Origin: a virus
Taxonomy: Duplodnaviria; Caudoviricetes
Strand: one strand, 5' to 3'
Virus record (IMG/VR): IMGVR_UViG_3300033463_000010
Location: 1 to 64,000 of that record
Length of the DNA: 64,000 nucleotides
Below the pieces are notes generated by a model that saw only the letters and a program-made list of their open reading frames with translations, had not been told where the DNA came from and did not search any database. Positions 1 through 8,392 of the stretch are shown here, piece after piece. The translations under genes and the position numbers were made by a program. Numbering within the stretch: position 1 is the stretch's first letter; each line of letters starts with the position of its first letter.

Positions 1-15
1 GCAAAGGTCAAGGAT

Positions 16-549
16 TTGTTCTTGCAGTGGCGTGGCGAAGACGGTGACATTTTCAAGGAAGACTGCGAAAACAGCCTTGCGGAAATGTTCCCGAACTCCG
101 ATTTGAAAGTGCAGTATTCCTTGACCTATTCCCAGGGTGACGGCTTCAACACCTACGGCACCTTGAGCATCAAGGACCTGCTCAACGCAGATTTCAGCAA
201 ATACCCGCTCAACGATTCGGGCATTACCGCACCTGCAAACAAGGACGCTATCCTTGCTGCTTGCGACAAGGCTGACGTTTACGACATTGACCTTGAAGAA
301 AACCGTCGCTACGGCTATTCTTTGGCTGACCGCCTGGAAGTCGTCCCGAACAACGACGAAGACCTCACCGACGAAGACACCGCCCTGTTGAGCGACCTTG
401 AAACCTTTGCCCGTGAAGTAATGGAAGCAATCAATAGCAAGTTTGAAAAGAACGGCTATGACTACTTCTACGAAATGAGCGAAGAAGAAGTCCGTGATAT
501 GGCAGACGCAAACGACTACGAATTTACCGAAGACGGTGAATTAGCCTAA
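16..549 (+). CDS. Acidic phage protein, probably the 3' part of a gene starting before the window
   Basis: Frame open from the window edge; very acidic; C-terminus YDYFYEMSEEEV..ANDYEFTEDG resembles a recurrent phage/plasmid domain. Confidence 0.6.
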   Translation: MFLQWRGEDGDIFKEDCENSLAEMFPNSDLKVQYSLTYSQGDGFNTYGTLSIKDLLNADFSKYPLNDSGITAPANKDAILAACDKADVYDIDLEENRRYGYSLADRLEVVPNNDEDLTDEDTALLSDLETFAREVMEAINSKFEKNGYDYFYEMSEEEVRDMADANDYEFTEDGELA

Positions 550-559
550 CAGGTAAGAA

Positions 560-1582
560 ATGCCACACAAAGCGTTCCTTAAAAAGAAGTCGCTACTTGA
601 CAGGTTCAAGGACGACCACGAACGGACGGGCTACATACAGTCTGCCCGTGCGAAGCATACCTGGAACAATCCGCTTACCAGGCGTAAGCGGACAAAGGAA
701 CTCAACGGGTGGATTAAGTCGTTCGCAGGCAAGAACCATATACGCAAGCTGTCCAGGTTCAACGCACAGCAAGCGGGGCGGTATGAATCCTTACAGGTAG
801 CTCACCCCGACGTGGAGTTTGACTGCCTGCGTTATGCCAACACGCTTGAACTGCCGAACGGTGTATGCGTGAAAGTCTATCCGACAATCCGCTGCCCCCG
901 TAGGTGTGCGTTTGTTTTCCGTGTAATGGGCTTCGGTGAAGTGGACCCCGACTTGAACAAGAATGCGGGAAAACTTAACTATGCCATACACGGGTATTAC
1001 CCCGTATATGGTCTTGAACGCCAACCGTCCGAGGAATTTGACATTTACTGCGACGACGTTAGCGAACTACAAAAATGGTCCGACTGCAACGGTTGGGGTA
1101 TGGGTGTAGGTCCGTCGGCTTCTTCTATGGAAGTTGCCAGGGAAGTCGCAAAGGGCAAAGAAACTATGAAGAACGAAAAGGCTATACCTATAAACTTCAA
1201 TCTGTGCTACACGTTTGACCTTGACGACGAACTTGCTAAAAAGTTTACAGACGGTGCCAAAGGCAATAACAAAATATCTGTCCAACAGAACGACGGATAT
1301 ACCGACGTTTTCTTTGATAAACTAGATGACCTCGTTGATTTCCTGGACGAAGTTGCAGTTGGGGCAGATAGTGACAAGGTTGACAATTCGTTCCGTTATG
1401 CAGTCTTGAATTGCAAACGCAGCAGGATTGACCCTGCCGACTTACAGCCGTGTGCCGACAAGTATGGCGTAAAAACAAAGATTGAAAAGTCTATGAACCA
1501 AAACGGTTTACCCGAATACGAAGTCACGCTGTATAAGGACTTTGACGACGTGTCCGCAACGCTTGTGGACTTTGGATTTTAA
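560..1582 (+). CDS. Hypothetical protein, basic N-half and acidic C-half
   Basis: 340-aa ORF in a co-directional gene run. Confidence 0.6.
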   Translation: MPHKAFLKKKSLLDRFKDDHERTGYIQSARAKHTWNNPLTRRKRTKELNGWIKSFAGKNHIRKLSRFNAQQAGRYESLQVAHPDVEFDCLRYANTLELPNGVCVKVYPTIRCPRRCAFVFRVMGFGEVDPDLNKNAGKLNYAIHGYYPVYGLERQPSEEFDIYCDDVSELQKWSDCNGWGMGVGPSASSMEVAREVAKGKETMKNEKAIPINFNLCYTFDLDDELAKKFTDGAKGNNKISVQQNDGYTDVFFDKLDDLVDFLDEVAVGADSDKVDNSFRYAVLNCKRSRIDPADLQPCADKYGVKTKIEKSMNQNGLPEYEVTLYKDFDDVSATLVDFGF

Positions 1583-1594
1583 CGGAGGCTATCT

Positions 1595-3616
1595 ATGGCT
1601 AAAATTACTGAACGATTTGACCCGTCGCAATATGACTATTTCAAGGCAAGCTACACGCTTGACGGCACCAACCGTGTAAAGAACACCAACGGTATCGTTG
1701 ACGCACAGGGAACGCTTGAAATGGCACAGCGACACGGTGCAACCAACCTTAATTTGGTAGGTGTCAAGGACGGCACCGAAACCGATATTCCGTTGAGCGA
1801 CGTAGGTATTTCCGAAAGCAAGGACGAAGCTATGTCCTTGAAAGGTTTCCTTGAAACCCTGGAAGAAAAACTTGTAAAGCAGTTTGACCTTGACGAAGAA
1901 GAAGTGAAGAATTACCTGGACACTCACACCCAGGAAATGCAGGAACTTTTGGACGACAAGGAATTGTCCCTCAAGGAAAAGGTGCTGTTCGTGCGTAGCG
2001 AAATCACGGGCGAAAAGGACGAAGCTAGGGGACCCGCAGAATATACAGTCCATTCTTACAATGATACCGACGTGGTTCATTATGAAGACGGAACACCCGA
2101 AGAATGGAAGTGTAAACGCTGTGGTGGATTAGAGGGCGGTGAAGACGGTGAACCTTACGGGTATTATATTACAAATTCCAAAGGCAAAACCGTAATGTCA
2201 CCGTTATGCTCCGATTGCGTGGATGATGCCTGTGCTATACTTAATGCAACCCACGGAAATATCAGTAAGGCTCTTGGAGTTTCCGAATCCAAAGGACCCA
2301 CAGAAGAAAAGTTGGGCTACGAAAAGGGACATAAAAACAGCAAAGGCGAAAATGCCCCCTGGGTAATTCGCAGCCACGAAGACAACCGCATTCTTGCGTC
2401 GTTCGCAAAGAAAACAGACGCAGAAGAACATTTGCAGCGTATGAAACAATATAGCAAACAGGAAAGTATGTCCGCTGACGAACTTGACAAGTATATCAAG
2501 GACGTAAAGTCCTTGCTCAAATCCAAGTATGGTATGGACTTCAACGACAAGGACACCTGCCGTCTTAACGTCGGTTGGTTGGAAAAGTTGGACGCTATGT
2601 TCTACCAGGGCAAGCCCGTTGAAGACGGTGCAAAGGAAGTCGCAGCGTTCTGTGGCTACAACAAGAACGAATCCAAGCAGTCCGAAGCGAACGGACCTTT
2701 TGACGCACCTATCAAGGATTGGTATATGGGTGCATACAAGGAAGACGACCTGGGCGACAGGCTCAACGGAACGTTCAAGGGTGCCCTTCAAACCTTGATG
2801 CGTGGCGACGACATTTACGACTACATTGGTGTAGGCGACTCCCTTATTCGTGAACGCCTGTTTAGCAAACTTGCAGCAATGATTGACGTTGACTACGACG
2901 AAATCTACAACGTGTGGCTTAACGAGGGTGCTGCGAGCAACGAACTGACTGCCAAACTTAACAAGATTGGCATAAAGCGAACCAGGACTATCCCGCCCAC
3001 TATCAAGGACAAGGTGAAAAGACTAGGTAGGGGCGTATTACCCCCGAAAATCGTAAAGGTTAAGGGCGAATCCAAGAAATCCGAACGCCTGTTCAATAAA
3101 GCCGAAATGGAAAAAATCGCATTGTCCGAAGCGTCTAGCCTTGACAACTACCGCAGCGACGTTATTTCCGAACTTGTGGTGTCGTTCCATTATGGCGAAG
3201 ACGGGGCAACCAAACTAGCCGACAAACACAGCGACACCATAAATGACGCTTACGTTGAGGGCGAATTGCTCCCGTATGAAACGGCAAGGCTAATCGCCCG
3301 TCAAGACGGAAACGGCTACGCCAACGAAAGCAAGCAATCCAAATCCAAGAAATCCGAAAGCAAGAAATCCGAAGTCCACCTGGAATTGATTGACACAATC
3401 ATTGTTCCGAAGTGGCTGTGGGAAGCCTACAATTTCGGTAATGAATACGGTGAAGACCTGGACGAACACGAACAGAACATTCTTTCGGAGTTCCAGGAAA
3501 AGTATTCCGATTGCCACCTGGACGACGAAAGCGAAGAAGCCTATTTCAGCAGCAACAATGACTTTGATAGTTATGGTGGGCTGTGCTTCACCGTCAAGGT
3601 GTATAAGGAAAAGTAA
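1595..3616 (+). CDS. Modular polyprotein-like protein with ESK(K/Q)SE linkers; candidate internal head protein
   Basis: 673 aa; GGAGG RBS; small domains (including CKRC..CSDC Zn finger) separated by SESK, NESKQSE, GESKKSE and ESKQSKSKKSESKKSE. Confidence 0.75.
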   Translation: MAKITERFDPSQYDYFKASYTLDGTNRVKNTNGIVDAQGTLEMAQRHGATNLNLVGVKDGTETDIPLSDVGISESKDEAMSLKGFLETLEEKLVKQFDLDEEEVKNYLDTHTQEMQELLDDKELSLKEKVLFVRSEITGEKDEARGPAEYTVHSYNDTDVVHYEDGTPEEWKCKRCGGLEGGEDGEPYGYYITNSKGKTVMSPLCSDCVDDACAILNATHGNISKALGVSESKGPTEEKLGYEKGHKNSKGENAPWVIRSHEDNRILASFAKKTDAEEHLQRMKQYSKQESMSADELDKYIKDVKSLLKSKYGMDFNDKDTCRLNVGWLEKLDAMFYQGKPVEDGAKEVAAFCGYNKNESKQSEANGPFDAPIKDWYMGAYKEDDLGDRLNGTFKGALQTLMRGDDIYDYIGVGDSLIRERLFSKLAAMIDVDYDEIYNVWLNEGAASNELTAKLNKIGIKRTRTIPPTIKDKVKRLGRGVLPPKIVKVKGESKKSERLFNKAEMEKIALSEASSLDNYRSDVISELVVSFHYGEDGATKLADKHSDTINDAYVEGELLPYETARLIARQDGNGYANESKQSKSKKSESKKSEVHLELIDTIIVPKWLWEAYNFGNEYGEDLDEHEQNILSEFQEKYSDCHLDDESEEAYFSSNNDFDSYGGLCFTVKVYKEK

Positions 3617-3638
3617 TTCTCTTGTTGAGAAGCATAGT

Positions 3639-3670
3639 AAGGCTCCCGTCCGCAAGGGCGGGTGTCTTTT
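3639..3670 (+). terminator. Intrinsic terminator
   Basis: cccgtcc-gcaa-gggcggg stem followed by tgtctttt. Confidence 0.65.
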
Positions 3671-3674
3671 GCTA

Positions 3675-3703
3675 TTGACCGATTGCAGATAATTTGTTAG
3701 ATT
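3675..3703 (+). promoter_or_regulatory. Sigma70-type promoter for a probable leaderless gene
   Basis: TTGACC-17 nt-TAGATT; ATG 3710 follows 6 nt later. Confidence 0.6.
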
Positions 3704-3709
3704 ATAGGT

Positions 3710-4126
3710 ATGGATAATCAGCCCGCCACCATATCGCAAAATGAACTAGACGCTATCAAAGCCCGTCTTAACCGCAAAATGCTCAACATTACGGAGTATT
3801 CCATAGACGGAATGGAAGCCCTTTTGCATTCTATGGACGACATAGACAACGCCATAGCCCAAAAGGTAAACCTGGACGATGCGTCTGTCCGTGAACTCAT
3901 AGACCTGTCAAAGCAGCGTAATGAATCGTTTAGGGTCCGATTGGATTTTATGAAAGCCCTGTCGGGTCACACCGTAGATACGTCCAACGTTGACGTGGAA
4001 AAGCCCGCAGAAAAGATTGACACGACCACGATTTCCGAAGACGACGCAGAACGTATCAAGGCTGAAATCCTAAAACGTGGTGGGGGAGCCGTTCCCAACG
4101 TCCAGGAAGCCGAAATAGTCAAATAG
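3710..4126 (+). CDS. Helical protein; possible terminase small subunit
   Basis: 138-aa helical ORF with its own promoter; function is a guess. Confidence 0.45.
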   Translation: MDNQPATISQNELDAIKARLNRKMLNITEYSIDGMEALLHSMDDIDNAIAQKVNLDDASVRELIDLSKQRNESFRVRLDFMKALSGHTVDTSNVDVEKPAEKIDTTTISEDDAERIKAEILKRGGGAVPNVQEAEIVK

Positions 4127-4151
4127 CATTTTTGTAAGAAATTATTTTAAC

Positions 4152-4188
4152 AATACCTATTGACAATCAATAGGTATTTTGTTATATT
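4152..4188 (+). promoter_or_regulatory. Promoter overlapped by a palindromic operator
   Basis: TTGACA(4160)-17-TATATT(4183); perfect 12-bp IR AATACCTATTGA/TCAATAGGTATT. Confidence 0.8.
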
Positions 4189-4211
4189 GTAGGTGTAAAC
4201 AACCACGAGGT

Positions 4212-4754
4212 ATGACAATGAAATTCACGAAAAAGGCTTTCCGCTACGCTCTTAAACACAACGACCAAACCCAGGTTTGGTATTTGGCTACGCTCTATTA
4301 CCGCAGACAGCCCGTCCGTGAAGAAGTCCAGGACTTGATTTACAGAATGGCAGATTGTGAGCGGGACCGTGCCAAGGGTCAAAGAATGGCATACGAATCG
4401 CTGCGTAAGGACAGCATTAGGACCAAAATGGCGATTGCCTGGAACAATCGTGGTGCCTACCGTCAGTATGACATTCACTATTTCCGCAAGACCGCCCTGG
4501 AAATGCTCCGCAGGCTCTATGACGAACCGCTGTCTTCCCACACGAAGATACCTATGTTCGGGCACACGCACCTTTATTTCTGCTCCCCCGCCTACAAGTT
4601 CCACGACTATAACAAGGTCTGCACCTGCCTTTTGAACGGACCCCTGGCTAACGATAAGAACGGCAACCGCTACGACCCGCAGGCTGCGTGGTGCGGTAAG
4701 GTCCTGGAACTTGGGGAACGCATCTATAACAAGAAGTGTTCCGAATGTAAGTAA
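4212..4754 (+). CDS. Hypothetical early protein
   Basis: ATG after GAGG RBS and promoter. Confidence 0.65.
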   Translation: MTMKFTKKAFRYALKHNDQTQVWYLATLYYRRQPVREEVQDLIYRMADCERDRAKGQRMAYESLRKDSIRTKMAIAWNNRGAYRQYDIHYFRKTALEMLRRLYDEPLSSHTKIPMFGHTHLYFCSPAYKFHDYNKVCTCLLNGPLANDKNGNRYDPQAAWCGKVLELGERIYNKKCSECK

Positions 4755-4775
4755 TTCGTAAGAAATTATTTTAAG

Positions 4776-4812
4776 AATACCTATTGACAGATGATAGGTA
4801 TTTTGTTATATT
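4776..4812 (+). promoter_or_regulatory. Near-duplicate of the 4152 promoter/operator
   Basis: TTGACA(4784)-17-TATATT(4807); IR AATACCTAT/ATAGGTATT. Confidence 0.8.
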
Positions 4813-4857
4813 ATCGGTGTAAAGGAAAGACAACCACTTCAACCGAGGATAGCACCA

Positions 4858-5709
4858 ATGGAACTCAAAAGGACCTACATTAGAACCGACAGGAACGGCA
4901 CGAAGTATTATGACGTGACATTCCAATGTGATTGGTGCAGTGGCAGGGGCATTCGCCCACAATATATGCACGTCCACGGGGGCGTATGCTTCTACTGCGA
5001 CGGAACGGGTGTTCATAACCGTCAAGTCAAGGAATACACGGCAGAATACGCAGCCAAGTTGGAAGCCAAACACGCTGCGAAGCAGGCTGCTTTCGCTGCG
5101 AAGCAGGAAGCCGAACGTCAAGCCTGGAACCCGCTTGATGCCGTAAAAAAGCAGGGCTTTGGCGAAGTTATGGGCATTGTCGTGGACGCAAAGACGGGCA
5201 AGCCCGTGGAACGCCACGAAAAGGGCAGCAGTTGGCTCTATTTCACGGCAAAGTGCAAGAACATTTGGGACCTGTATTTCACGGACCTGGATAACCCCGT
5301 TATCGCAGAAGACAAGAACTTCCAGGTCGTGCCGATGCCCTGGAACGAAGTGTTCGTCCCGAACTACACCGCTATGGCGTTGCAGTATAACGAAAATATC
5401 TTGCAGACGTTCCTGGACAACCACTACTACGGCTACCCGCAGTGCCCCAAGAGCAACGCTATCGGCACGGTTGGCGAACGTGTGAGCCTTGACGTGACCC
5501 TCAAGGAAATCAAGTCCTGCGACACGTTCTACGGCATCAAATACTACTACACGTTCCAGGACCGCAACTTCAACCTGCTCCGTTGGGACACAAGCAAGGA
5601 CCTGGAAATGGAAGTCGGGACCGCTGTGAAACTGACGGGGACCATCACGAAGCACGAATCCGACTGCTACGGCTCTTACACCTACGTCAACCGCTGCAAG
5701 ATTGCATAA
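4858..5709 (+). CDS. Zn-finger plus C-terminal OB-fold-like protein
   Basis: CDWCSGRG..CFYCDGTG (DnaJ-type Zn motif); C-terminal IGTVGERVSLDVTL..VKLTGTI; RBS aaccgagga. Confidence 0.7.
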   Translation: MELKRTYIRTDRNGTKYYDVTFQCDWCSGRGIRPQYMHVHGGVCFYCDGTGVHNRQVKEYTAEYAAKLEAKHAAKQAAFAAKQEAERQAWNPLDAVKKQGFGEVMGIVVDAKTGKPVERHEKGSSWLYFTAKCKNIWDLYFTDLDNPVIAEDKNFQVVPMPWNEVFVPNYTAMALQYNENILQTFLDNHYYGYPQCPKSNAIGTVGERVSLDVTLKEIKSCDTFYGIKYYYTFQDRNFNLLRWDTSKDLEMEVGTAVKLTGTITKHESDCYGSYTYVNRCKIA

Positions 5710-5723
5710 CCGAGGATAACACT

Positions 5724-6470
5724 ATGGCATCCGTCCACTACCGATTATTCAAGACTTTTAGGGTCCACCTTAACAGGGTGTTCCGTGACCGCTGCGGTAT
5801 CTGCAAATACCGCACGTTCAAGCCCTACGACCCGCTCCCGATGGAACCCTCCAAGTTCGTTTCCAGGCTCTATCAATACTATTGGGAGCCGAACCACCAT
5901 TGGAACGGGGGTCATTTGAGTCAGTTGTATTTTAGGATTGTTTACAAGCCTGCCGAAAAGGTGTGCCTGGTGCTTTACTACTTCAACGACGAACACTACG
6001 GAACTAGGTCCTGGTTCAATCGGGAAGTGCCCTTTAACTATGTCAAGTGGTGCATAAAGAAAGACCCTAACGAACTGCTCCGTATCGTGTTCCCGTTCTT
6101 CAAGGGAAAGCGGTTGCCCGAACGTATGGAAACCCCGTTTGACGCACACTGCGACAAGTTCGCCAAAGAACTAGCCAACTCCGAAGCAGCGTCCAACGAA
6201 CACAAGACCCATATCACCTACTCCGAATGGAAGTTGGCTCAAAGAAAAGCGGTGTTAAAGGTCATAAAGGTGGTAAAGGCTCGCCAGGGCGACAAGCCCA
6301 CCGCTGCCGAATTTGACGCACGTGTGGAACTGCTCAAATCGTTCAACACCCTGCACTACCTAGTCACGCATCCGAACTCAAAGCAGATTTGCGAAGAAAT
6401 GGCTATCAAGATACGGCAGGCACAGGACCGCTGCGAATACAAGGCGAACCTAATGCTTGACCGATGGTAA
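5724..6470 (+). CDS. Hypothetical protein
   Basis: ATG after aaccgagga RBS. Confidence 0.6.
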   Translation: MASVHYRLFKTFRVHLNRVFRDRCGICKYRTFKPYDPLPMEPSKFVSRLYQYYWEPNHHWNGGHLSQLYFRIVYKPAEKVCLVLYYFNDEHYGTRSWFNREVPFNYVKWCIKKDPNELLRIVFPFFKGKRLPERMETPFDAHCDKFAKELANSEAASNEHKTHITYSEWKLAQRKAVLKVIKVVKARQGDKPTAAEFDARVELLKSFNTLHYLVTHPNSKQICEEMAIKIRQAQDRCEYKANLMLDRW

Positions 6471-6496
6471 ACTAAAAATAAGGAAAAGGTAATAAA

Positions 6497-6820
6497 ATGG
6501 ACCCATTTAAGAACTATCTTGAAAAACTCCAATTTTCGGGCTGTCCCTGGAAGCCCAAGAACTATCTTAACACCAAAACCGTGACCTTGTATGACGGTTA
6601 CAGCACCAACATTGACCCCGAAAATATGGAGTTCCACCCTAGTGGTTGCTGCGGTTGCTGCATTGTCCCCGATGATTATATCTTCGGGATTAGGTGCGAC
6701 CACCTTATGTGGTTCACGGGGGAACACGAACGCTTCGGGGACGATAACGGGGGTGTCCTGCTTATGGGGAACCACAAGGGCAGGCTTGTCTTGAAGTTCC
6801 TTTGCGAAGAAGATAGTTAG
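6497..6820 (+). CDS. Small Cys-rich hypothetical protein
   Basis: RBS aagg; GCCGCC motif. Confidence 0.55.
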   Translation: MDPFKNYLEKLQFSGCPWKPKNYLNTKTVTLYDGYSTNIDPENMEFHPSGCCGCCIVPDDYIFGIRCDHLMWFTGEHERFGDDNGGVLLMGNHKGRLVLKFLCEEDS

Positions 6821-6863
6821 ACGTTTTGTCGGGTTCTTGCTATATTACTATCACACGTGATTC

Positions 6864-6943
6864 GTGGGTGCTGCCGTCTGTTGCATCAGTCCTAGCGGTG
6901 GACGGCAGACACCCACACTTTCAAGTTTGATAGGACTGACCCA
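6864..6943 (+). promoter_or_regulatory. Structured 5' leader; pseudoknot covering the RBS
   Basis: Stem 6864-6878/6901-6917; loop TCAGTCCTA (6886-6894) complementary to TAGGACTGA (6931-6939). Confidence 0.6.
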
Positions 6944-7810
6944 ATGACCGAAACTATGGACCCGACAAGAACCACCACCCGCAAGGCTTACAATCCCGAA
7001 GAAGAATGGTTTTTTGTCGCAGAAGCGATGGATATTTTCCACGATAACGCTGACGAACCGCCCGCACAATTCCAATATGACAAAGATGGTATAACCCGAA
7101 TACCTTACACAAACAAGCAGTGGCTCACTTGCACAGGAATGGAAACACCCCCAAGAACAGGGTTGGTGTGGCTCCGACAAGGAATCCATTACAGGGCAAA
7201 AGACCGCCTAATTCACGTAATGCCCATAAAATACTACAAGGGCTTTGAGTGGAAAATTGTATGGTGTATGGTTAAGAATACAATCCTTTGCAGCAAGATT
7301 GCAGGCGTAGGGGTTCGCCTGGAAGCCATAAAGGACACAATCTTCTACTATATCAAGGATTTCACGGATTGCCCCCTAAACCTGGTCCCCCGTGTTTCAA
7401 ATGCGATAGCATTCTCCGCTATGATTATAATAGATGCCTGGTCCGTAAAGAAAGCAGAAGACATTGGCAGCATACAGAAAAAGTATGCGACTACCCGTGG
7501 GGCTACAGATTATGAATGCCGTAATGCTTTGTGGAAAATGCTGAAATCCCACGGAATCGGGGATTTACGGACACGAAAGCAGCAGGAATCCCTAATTGAC
7601 AAAATCATAGGAATGCCCAAGTTTGACCACCTGTCAGCAACGCTAAAACAATCAATCCTGCTGCGATTGCGTAGGGAAAAGTTGCTGAAACCCGCTTACG
7701 GAAAACCCGAAAGCCGTGTGAACGAAATCAAGCAGAAGCAGGCAGCAAAGATACCGCTTACAAGTGCTGAAAGAAAATACAGGGAACGCCATAGAGAATT
7801 ATTCAAGTAA
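6944..7810 (+). CDS. Basic hypothetical protein, possible DNA-binding or replication protein
   Basis: 288 aa; basic C-terminus; followed by an IR-rich intergenic region. Confidence 0.55.
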   Translation: MTETMDPTRTTTRKAYNPEEEWFFVAEAMDIFHDNADEPPAQFQYDKDGITRIPYTNKQWLTCTGMETPPRTGLVWLRQGIHYRAKDRLIHVMPIKYYKGFEWKIVWCMVKNTILCSKIAGVGVRLEAIKDTIFYYIKDFTDCPLNLVPRVSNAIAFSAMIIIDAWSVKKAEDIGSIQKKYATTRGATDYECRNALWKMLKSHGIGDLRTRKQQESLIDKIIGMPKFDHLSATLKQSILLRLRREKLLKPAYGKPESRVNEIKQKQAAKIPLTSAERKYRERHRELFK

Positions 7811-7814
7811 CCCT

Positions 7815-7842
7815 AAAATGCCCGAAATTCGGGCGTTTTTTT
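7815..7842 (+). terminator. Intrinsic terminator
   Basis: aaaatgcccga-aat-tcgggcgtttttt. Confidence 0.75.
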
Positions 7843-7914
7843 ATTTATGGCTATGTTATGCGTTAGGAAAAAGGTAACGTTTTCTATGAATACTTTAAGT
7901 GGGTATTCTGTTAT

Positions 7915-8295
7915 AAAAACGTGACATTTTTATCTCCGTATAGGTATATATGAAGCCCCATACGATGATAAAAATGTCACGCCAGGTTTGGGCACGAAAT
8001 GTTCGCTTCGCTCACATTATCGTGCCTAATCACGCCCTTACGGGCGTGATTGTCTATAAGGGTAGAATTACATTTCTTTAAGGTCGGGGAGTTCCAGGCT
8101 CGTGAAGCGTGAGTAGGAATGAGTGGGTGCGTAAGCACCCACGAATTACACGAATGCTTCGGAGTAGGGAATATGGGGGGTGTTTGGGGGTTGGGTCGGT
8201 TGAATGTATGTTGTAGTGCCTACTATTGGAAATCCGTATGCTTGAGTTAAATCGTCACGAAAGTTCGTATGCACAAGACCCGTTGTCACGTTTTT
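7915..8295. repeat. Inverted-repeat-rich non-coding region (candidate origin or pac region)
   Basis: 15-bp IR 7920-7934/7967-7981; hairpins near 7989-8029, 8028-8051 and 8123-8142; flanking IR aaaaacgtgaca/tgtcacgttttt; G4 motif 8167-8195. Confidence 0.6.
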
Positions 8296-8392
8296 CGCTA
8301 CCTAACTAACAGATTATTTGTTATATTTCCCTACAAGAGCGACAGCCACGCAAACACCAACTACCCTTGTGTGTAAAAGGAAGTTTACGTCT

